Below, one piece after another: positions 58,451 through 64,000 of a DNA stretch of 64,000 nucleotides. Within the stretch, counting starts at the first letter, position 1; every line of letters starts with the position of its first letter. The notes beneath the pieces were generated by a model, which worked only from the letters and a program-made list of their open reading frames with translations, was not told the DNA's origin and ran no database searches. This DNA is from Myxococcota bacterium (GTDB lineage: Bacteria; Myxococcota_A; SURF-8; G963663525): positions 183,912 through 247,911 of the forward strand of contig CAXXVK010000067.1 in NCBI GenBank assembly GCA_963676915.2, read 5' to 3'. Both the position numbers and the translations under genes were made by a program.

Positions 58451-59722
58451 ATGATGAGTGCGAACCATGGTGGATGCGGCGGCGGTGGATGTGGTGAAGG
58501 CGGCGGCGGATGCGGCGGCCACGATCACGGTGTACCGGATGAACAAGCCCAAAAACAACAACTGAATTTCCGACTTTCCCAGATCAAAAACAAGATCCTC
58601 GTGCTTTCCGGCAAGGGCGGCGTAGGAAAAAGCACGGTGGCGGTCAACCTGGCGCTGGCTCTGGCTCGCGAAGGTAAAACCGTGGGTCTGCTCGATGTGG
58701 ACGTTCACGGCCCGACCGTTCCCGTTATGCTGGGACTCGAAGACCAACGACCGGGAGCCGGTGAAGGAACCCTGATTCCTGTGGAAACCCAGGGAGTCAA
58801 AGTCATTTCGTTGGGATTCATGCTGCCTGACCACGACAGCCCTGTTATCTGGCGCGGACCGCTGAAAATGGGTGTTATCGAGCAGTTCCTGCGCGATGTC
58901 GAATGGGGTAAGCTGGATTACCTCGTTGTGGATGCTCCTCCCGGCACCGGTGACGAACCGTTATCCGTGGGTCAGCTTATCCCCGGCGCGAACGCCCTTG
59001 TTGTCACCACTCCGCAGCGCGTGGCGACCTTCGACGTTCGTAAGTCGATCCAGTTCTGCCGCCAGTTGAGCATGCCGGTGGCTGGTGTGGTCGAAAACAT
59101 GAACGGCATGATCTGCCCCCATTGCGGTGAGCATATCAAGCTGTTTCCCGAAGGCGAAGTCAATCGCATGGCCCAGGATCTCGACGTGAAGGTGCTGGCA
59201 AGCCTGCCGATGTCGCCGAAAGTGTCCGAGTTTGCCGACAAAGGCGAGTCGATCGCCCACGATCCCGACAGCCCCATCGGAAAAGCGATGCAGCCCTTGG
59301 TCGAAGCCATGTTGGCTCTTGACGAAGCGAAAGAAGGCGATACGCCGAAAGTCGATACCGACAGCGACGCCAAAGAAGGCGTGGTTCGCTTCGCCATTCC
59401 TCTGGCAGATGGCATGCTGACCGCCCACTTCGGCCATTGCGAGAAATTCGCGGTGCTGGACGTGGAAGAGAAAACCGGAAAAGTGCTGGCTCGCGAAGAC
59501 CTTACTCCTCCTGCACATGCTCCGGGCGTCATTCCCAAGTGGGTATCCGAGCAGGGCGTCAAAATGGTGCTCGCCGGGGGTATGGGTATCAAAGCCCAGG
59601 ATATCTTCCGTGCCAACGGTGTGGATGTGAAGGTGGGTTGTCCCGCCGAAGCCCCTGAAAAGCTGGTCGAAGATTACTTCAAGGGTCAGCTCGTTACCGG
59701 CGAGAATCTCTGCGATCACTGA
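58451..59722 (+). CDS. Mrp/NBP35 (ApbC) Fe-S carrier ATPase fused to a C-terminal NifX-like domain
   Basis: SGKGGVGKST, DVHGP, WRGP, DAPPGTGDE, VTTPQ, ENM..CPHC; C-terminal HFGHC..LAGGMG..NLCDH; Gly/Cys/His-rich N-terminus. Confidence 0.92.
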   Translation: MMSANHGGCGGGGCGEGGGGCGGHDHGVPDEQAQKQQLNFRLSQIKNKILVLSGKGGVGKSTVAVNLALALAREGKTVGLLDVDVHGPTVPVMLGLEDQRPGAGEGTLIPVETQGVKVISLGFMLPDHDSPVIWRGPLKMGVIEQFLRDVEWGKLDYLVVDAPPGTGDEPLSVGQLIPGANALVVTTPQRVATFDVRKSIQFCRQLSMPVAGVVENMNGMICPHCGEHIKLFPEGEVNRMAQDLDVKVLASLPMSPKVSEFADKGESIAHDPDSPIGKAMQPLVEAMLALDEAKEGDTPKVDTDSDAKEGVVRFAIPLADGMLTAHFGHCEKFAVLDVEEKTGKVLAREDLTPPAHAPGVIPKWVSEQGVKMVLAGGMGIKAQDIFRANGVDVKVGCPAEAPEKLVEDYFKGQLVTGENLCDH

Positions 59723-59759
59723 TTCGGATTTCGCCTTTCGGCGAATGACATACGAATAG

Positions 59760-59799
59760 CCACGAAAAAACCCGCCATTTAAGGCGGGTTTTTTCGTGG
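59760..59799. terminator. Bidirectional terminator
   Basis: ccacgaaaaaacccgcc-atttaa-ggcgggttttttcgtgg, perfect 17-bp stem. Confidence 0.85.
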
Positions 59800-59818
59800 T
59801 CTGATTTTTACGCGGTTT

Positions 59819-62077
59819 CTACAGAGGATAGATGTTCGTCCAGATGCCGTTTCTGCGCGAAATCACATAGGAATCCGTATCTCCTACACCCTCCAGGTTT
59901 CCACACATGTCTTGATCCGGGAAAAGTTCGGCACCACCACCGATGTTGGAGTCGGTGATCTCCAGACAATAATCCAAATCGGTATGTGAAGCACAGAAAG
60001 GTATTACGAAGATATCCACCCAGTCGTCGCAGTCGTCCGTCAGAACTGTGTCGATGATGTAATCTCCATTGACGGGGTTGTTTAGGCGTAACTCTTCGTA
60101 GCCGTTACGAACGCCGTTGGTAGGATTGTGCCATTTGGTGAACAGCACGGTACCCTCGCCGTTGGGGAAGGAACAGGTGCGGTTCATGTTAATGTTGTCG
60201 TCGCAGCAAGCGTAGCCCGATGGCGAAATCAGGCAAAGGTCGGGATCGACGTGGTTTTCCGACAACAGCATGTTGGTGCTGCTGTCGAAGTCCATGCGGA
60301 CTCGAAGCCCTTCTTCGCCGTTGACATGCACTTTGATGCAGCGCGGCACGCATTCGGCGTTTTCGTTGTCGCGCACTTTCAGGCAGAATTCGTAGTCTCC
60401 CGCTTCGTCGAAGGTAATGAGAACATTATGGTATTCGGCGTTCAGCGGTGTGAACATCGCTTGCGATTCCTCGGGTTTTTCGACCCAGTACCATTCGAAA
60501 TCGGTCATCTGGTGGTTGGAGTCCTCGTCGGTGGAAATTTCACCGTAGAATCCCAGACGTTCGCCTTGCTGGATGCCGGTGAGGTCTACAAGAATCGGTG
60601 CGCCGTGGGGTTGCGAAGCGATACGGCAAATCGGTGGTTCGTTGGGAGTTTTGGAGCGAGCACGTAACGGGAACGACGCAACGATTTCGTTGTTTGAATC
60701 TGCATCGTTAATGTCGTGCGTCTGGACAACCAATTTACAATCGGTATAGCTTTCCGGTTCACAGTATTCAGGATCAGTGGGGATAAACTGTGTGGTCAAG
60801 TAGGTCGATCCGGTATTGCCGTACGGTTCCAATTGTTTGCCAAGCATGGCTCCCACGGATGCCATTTCCAGGCTAAATGGGCTGCAAGCGTTACCAGTCG
60901 GCGATTGCAATGAAATCTGATCGATTTCAAGGTAATGCTGGGTTCCGTTGATGAACGTTACCGGCAGGTTGTATTCTCCACCGCACTCTTTGGTGCCGAA
61001 ATCAATGGGGAAAGGGTAGCTGATCAGCGCGCCGCCACGGGCCACACCATACAGAGGAACATCCTTCGATTGTTCGATAATGGTTTCGGAATCGTTGATG
61101 ATTTGGAGCGTGTTCGAAAATTCGATGTTTGTATTCATATAGTTGGTCACACCGTCCGGGACGACAGGGAAAAATGTGACTTCTACATCGAAGCAAGCCT
61201 CGTGATCGTTTGAATGATCGTTCAGGCGTGGACTGAGAAGTATGGGAGAAAAACTACTTACATAGGTGTCTTTTGCGAAAATGGTGCTCGGATCGCGAAA
61301 ACTGATTTTCTCAATAGTGAGCTGCTTGTTGCCTGTGGGATCGCCGCAATTGCAAACGGTGAGGGTTTGCGGTTCGTTCTCAACACCGAATACCGCTCCT
61401 TCCCATTCCAAAAAGCTTGGTTCCACACAGATTTCCCGTGTGCCTTTGAATTCGGAAATCAATTCGATCTTGGAAATGGGGGAATTGCAATCGTCCGTGG
61501 CGACGTGCAGCCAAGCGGTGTCGGCATAGCCGTCGGTCGGTTGGTAATGAATGGTCACGGCCAGAGAAAGTCCCGGTTCCAGGGCATAGGGAAGGGTGAT
61601 TTCCTGGGCGCTTTCGTCAATGTCCGTTTCGGGGTCGTCTTCGATATACCAGGACCAGGAATACTCGGAGGTCTGGCTGGTATCGTAATAAACTTCGTAG
61701 ACATTCAGGACTTCACCGTTGGTGGAACTATTCCTAATGTATAGGATGTCCGTCCGGGAGTGTCCTGCGACCACTGCACCGAAGTTGACTTCGCTCGTGC
61801 TGAAACTCACCGTGGGGCAAACCTGTGTCACGGGATCGACGCTCTCCGGGATTTCGAGATCGCTGGTTTCAACATCCGTATCGCTGTCTCCCGGATCTCC
61901 TACGGTAAGACACGAGGATTCGAAGCAGATCTGTCCCGAATCGCAGTCTTCGTCTTCAATGCAGAACTGTCCCTGGTTGTCGTTCGGGACACCGGCTGTA
62001 CCGGAGTCGTCGCAGGCCAAGACGCCGAAACAGGCTGCAAAAAGAAGAAAAACGGGTAAATACGATGCTAATTTCAT
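59819..62077 (-). CDS. Large lipoprotein with Ig-like (ASH/choice-of-anchor D-like) and PKD-like domains
   Basis: Lipobox VLA-C; repeated (V/I)xFG..NxG/T beta modules; NEPP..S.DED..WYW..P..S PKD-like segment. Confidence 0.7.
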   Translation of the reverse strand: MKLASYLPVFLLFAACFGVLACDDSGTAGVPNDNQGQFCIEDEDCDSGQICFESSCLTVGDPGDSDTDVETSDLEIPESVDPVTQVCPTVSFSTSEVNFGAVVAGHSRTDILYIRNSSTNGEVLNVYEVYYDTSQTSEYSWSWYIEDDPETDIDESAQEITLPYALEPGLSLAVTIHYQPTDGYADTAWLHVATDDCNSPISKIELISEFKGTREICVEPSFLEWEGAVFGVENEPQTLTVCNCGDPTGNKQLTIEKISFRDPSTIFAKDTYVSSFSPILLSPRLNDHSNDHEACFDVEVTFFPVVPDGVTNYMNTNIEFSNTLQIINDSETIIEQSKDVPLYGVARGGALISYPFPIDFGTKECGGEYNLPVTFINGTQHYLEIDQISLQSPTGNACSPFSLEMASVGAMLGKQLEPYGNTGSTYLTTQFIPTDPEYCEPESYTDCKLVVQTHDINDADSNNEIVASFPLRARSKTPNEPPICRIASQPHGAPILVDLTGIQQGERLGFYGEISTDEDSNHQMTDFEWYWVEKPEESQAMFTPLNAEYHNVLITFDEAGDYEFCLKVRDNENAECVPRCIKVHVNGEEGLRVRMDFDSSTNMLLSENHVDPDLCLISPSGYACCDDNINMNRTCSFPNGEGTVLFTKWHNPTNGVRNGYEELRLNNPVNGDYIIDTVLTDDCDDWVDIFVIPFCASHTDLDYCLEITDSNIGGGAELFPDQDMCGNLEGVGDTDSYVISRRNGIWTNIYPL

Positions 62078-62285
62078 AACGAGTCCTTCATTAGGTGAAC
62101 AAGAATACACTTATCCCTTTTCACATTAGACGAATCTTGAGCGAAAATTTACACGATTCGTTGAATTTTGGTAGTTCGGGACGTCAAACAGCTAAGGAAT
62201 TGACAGAACCGAACCGAACTCATTATAATTGCTCTTGTGTCGCAAGACAACTTCTTTTCATGTATCGGGAGACTGGAAGGCCAAA

Positions 62286-63854
62286 ATGGACGCGAAAAAA
62301 ATGCTGAAAAGACCGATGAATGTCATGATGGCGGTGCTTGTTCTGACGTTGTCCTTTATGGGACTGGCCTGCGATGATGAATCCGGGGCATCCGGAACTG
62401 GAAATCAGAACATGGCCGGTTTGACTTGCCTCGATGATTCGGATTGCGGTGGTCTGAGCTGCCTGAATCTCGATGGGGATAACACCTGTACCCCGACCTG
62501 CGAGACGGACGAAGACTGCCCCGATAGTCTCCCTTGTTGCGGAACCGACATTTCGGCCTGTGTTCCTGATCTTCTTTGTGAAGAATTCAATACCGGCGTA
62601 GCGGCGGACGAAGACCAGTCGGCTGATGGCGATGTCCAGACAGAGGACGATAACAGCACGGACGAGCCGGTGAATGCCAACTGCGAATTCGACACGTACA
62701 AATGTGGAGAATCCACCGAAACCTATGGAAAAGTCCTGCGTTGCGCCAAAACCGCAACCGGTACCGAATGGCAAGTGGCCCGCAGCTGTGAAGAATGTTG
62801 TATCGATGGCCAGTGCATTACGGGTGACGACTGTGCCGAGGTGGACCCCCCGGAGGATGGTATCTGTATTCCCAACAGCTATCGTTGCCGTACGTGGTCC
62901 GAGATTCAGCAATGCTCCGAAGATGGCAAAAAATGGCAGTTTTACAGGGAATGTGCCGAGTTGGAAGATATGGTCTGCTACGAAGGAGCCTGCGTCCCGG
63001 CAGATCAGGTTGCCGACGAAGATGCTGAAACGGAAGAGGAATTCGATCCTCGGGTGGAGTGCTCCATGGAGGCCGGGTGCCAGCTTTCGGAAGACGAATA
63101 TTGTTTCAATACCGATCCGGATGCCACCACCGGTCGTTGTTGGGTACGGTGCACCATCGACGGTGGTGATCGTTGCCCGCGTAGCCACGAATGCAACCTC
63201 GAAAATGGAGAATGCGAACCGATTCCTTCGTATTGTACCTCCGACATGGATTGCAACACCGATGAATTCTGCGACATGTTGGGTGGCTCTACATCCGATG
63301 GTTATTGCACCCGGTACTGCTTCAAGCTTGGTGCAAGTTGCGCGCTTCGAACCAAATGCGACACCGATCCGCAAAGCCTGAACTACGGAAAATGCATCCC
63401 CGATGAGGACTGCAAATCCTGTGATTACGATGGCATGTGCGACGCCGATTCTTATTGCTACGTTCCCCCCGGACAGGTGACGGGTTGTTGTATGTTGCGT
63501 TGCACGGATGACGACGGCGACTGTGAGGCACACGAAGTATGCTGTTACGGAAGTCTCGTTTGTGGAGATGACGGTAAATGTACGACTGGGAATCCGCAGT
63601 GCGACTGCGGTGGTGTTTGCCCACAGGGCTATATCTGCGACCAGATGTTCTGTCAGTGCGTGTTGAATTGTCCACCGTGCCCGCTGGATACCTGCTGCGA
63701 CGCCACAAGTGCTCCTCAATGTACCGTCACAGGACCGGCTTGTCCCGAATGCGTCAATCCGGCGATTTGCGGTATTGCTTTGAAGCAATGTTGCCCCGGT
63801 TCTAATTGCAGCGTGTTCGCCTGGGCTTACGGATTGGTTGGATTCTGTGCCTAA
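62286..63854 (+). CDS. Very Cys-rich lipoprotein of unknown function
   Basis: Lipobox GLA-C; repeated CxxDxDC and CC motifs throughout; GGAAGG RBS. Confidence 0.75.
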   Translation: MDAKKMLKRPMNVMMAVLVLTLSFMGLACDDESGASGTGNQNMAGLTCLDDSDCGGLSCLNLDGDNTCTPTCETDEDCPDSLPCCGTDISACVPDLLCEEFNTGVAADEDQSADGDVQTEDDNSTDEPVNANCEFDTYKCGESTETYGKVLRCAKTATGTEWQVARSCEECCIDGQCITGDDCAEVDPPEDGICIPNSYRCRTWSEIQQCSEDGKKWQFYRECAELEDMVCYEGACVPADQVADEDAETEEEFDPRVECSMEAGCQLSEDEYCFNTDPDATTGRCWVRCTIDGGDRCPRSHECNLENGECEPIPSYCTSDMDCNTDEFCDMLGGSTSDGYCTRYCFKLGASCALRTKCDTDPQSLNYGKCIPDEDCKSCDYDGMCDADSYCYVPPGQVTGCCMLRCTDDDGDCEAHEVCCYGSLVCGDDGKCTTGNPQCDCGGVCPQGYICDQMFCQCVLNCPPCPLDTCCDATSAPQCTVTGPACPECVNPAICGIALKQCCPGSNCSVFAWAYGLVGFCA

Positions 63855-63871
63855 ACAATGGATCGTACTTC

Positions 63872-63902
63872 AAAAACCCCGGATACTTTCCGGGGTTTTT
63901 TT
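63872..63902 (+). terminator. Rho-independent terminator
   Basis: aaaaaccccgga-tactt-tccggggttttttt. Confidence 0.85.
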
Positions 63903-64000
63903 ATGGAGAAAAAGCGTTTTTGAATGAAATTTCACGGAAATGGCTCGTGATTTCATTGTCGTTTTCGCGTCTAACTCTATTGACGAGAAGGTGCATGATC

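Noticed and set aside
56183-59722. Nitrogen fixation, suggested by NifX-like domains
   Set aside because: No nifHDK/ENB in the window; the gene set matches the orp cluster, which is independent of nitrogenase.
62223-63788. 521-aa ORF on the minus strand
   Set aside because: Antisense to the Cys-rich lipoprotein; its Ala/Thr/Ile-rich composition mirrors Cys/Asp codons.

Overview
Chromosomal window from a deltaproteobacterium/Myxococcota-like organism. This is inferred from a MYXO-CTERM-type tail, Cys-rich secreted proteins, a zinc-ribbon Ser/Thr kinase, an FHA protein and Desulfovibrio-like orp genes. About 50 genes are present. I found no tRNA, rRNA, CRISPR array or transposase. About ten genes, including trxB, are split by single-base frameshifts, mostly at short homopolymers, so these are probably sequencing errors. 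Housekeeping genes: trkH end, comEC, RqcH/NFACT, xseB, tlyA, acs, prkA, trxB, ribD-nrdR-rpiB-rpmF-yceD. Most interesting features: (1) a six-gene synthase-dependent exopolysaccharide operon (Hpt-REC regulator without GGDEF, HEAT protein, GT2 synthase, periplasmic protein, alpha/alpha-barrel lipoprotein, TPR-YaiO-type barrel); (2) a sigma-54 promoter with three GGACA-WW-TGTCC boxes driving a ~400 nt GGA-rich transcript, a candidate CsrA-titrating sRNA, next to a CHASE-PAS kinase/NtrC pair; (3) a 206-bp nested-hairpin MITE/REPIN-like element; (4) a PilB/GspE ATPase fused to a C-terminal receiver domain beside a pilin; (5) an orphan ParA with a Lys-tailed coiled-coil partner; (6) a ~1950-aa surface subtilase; (7) an Orange-protein (orp)-like Fe-S operon with its sigma-54 promoter. 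All functional calls come from motif recognition by eye; no database searches were run.
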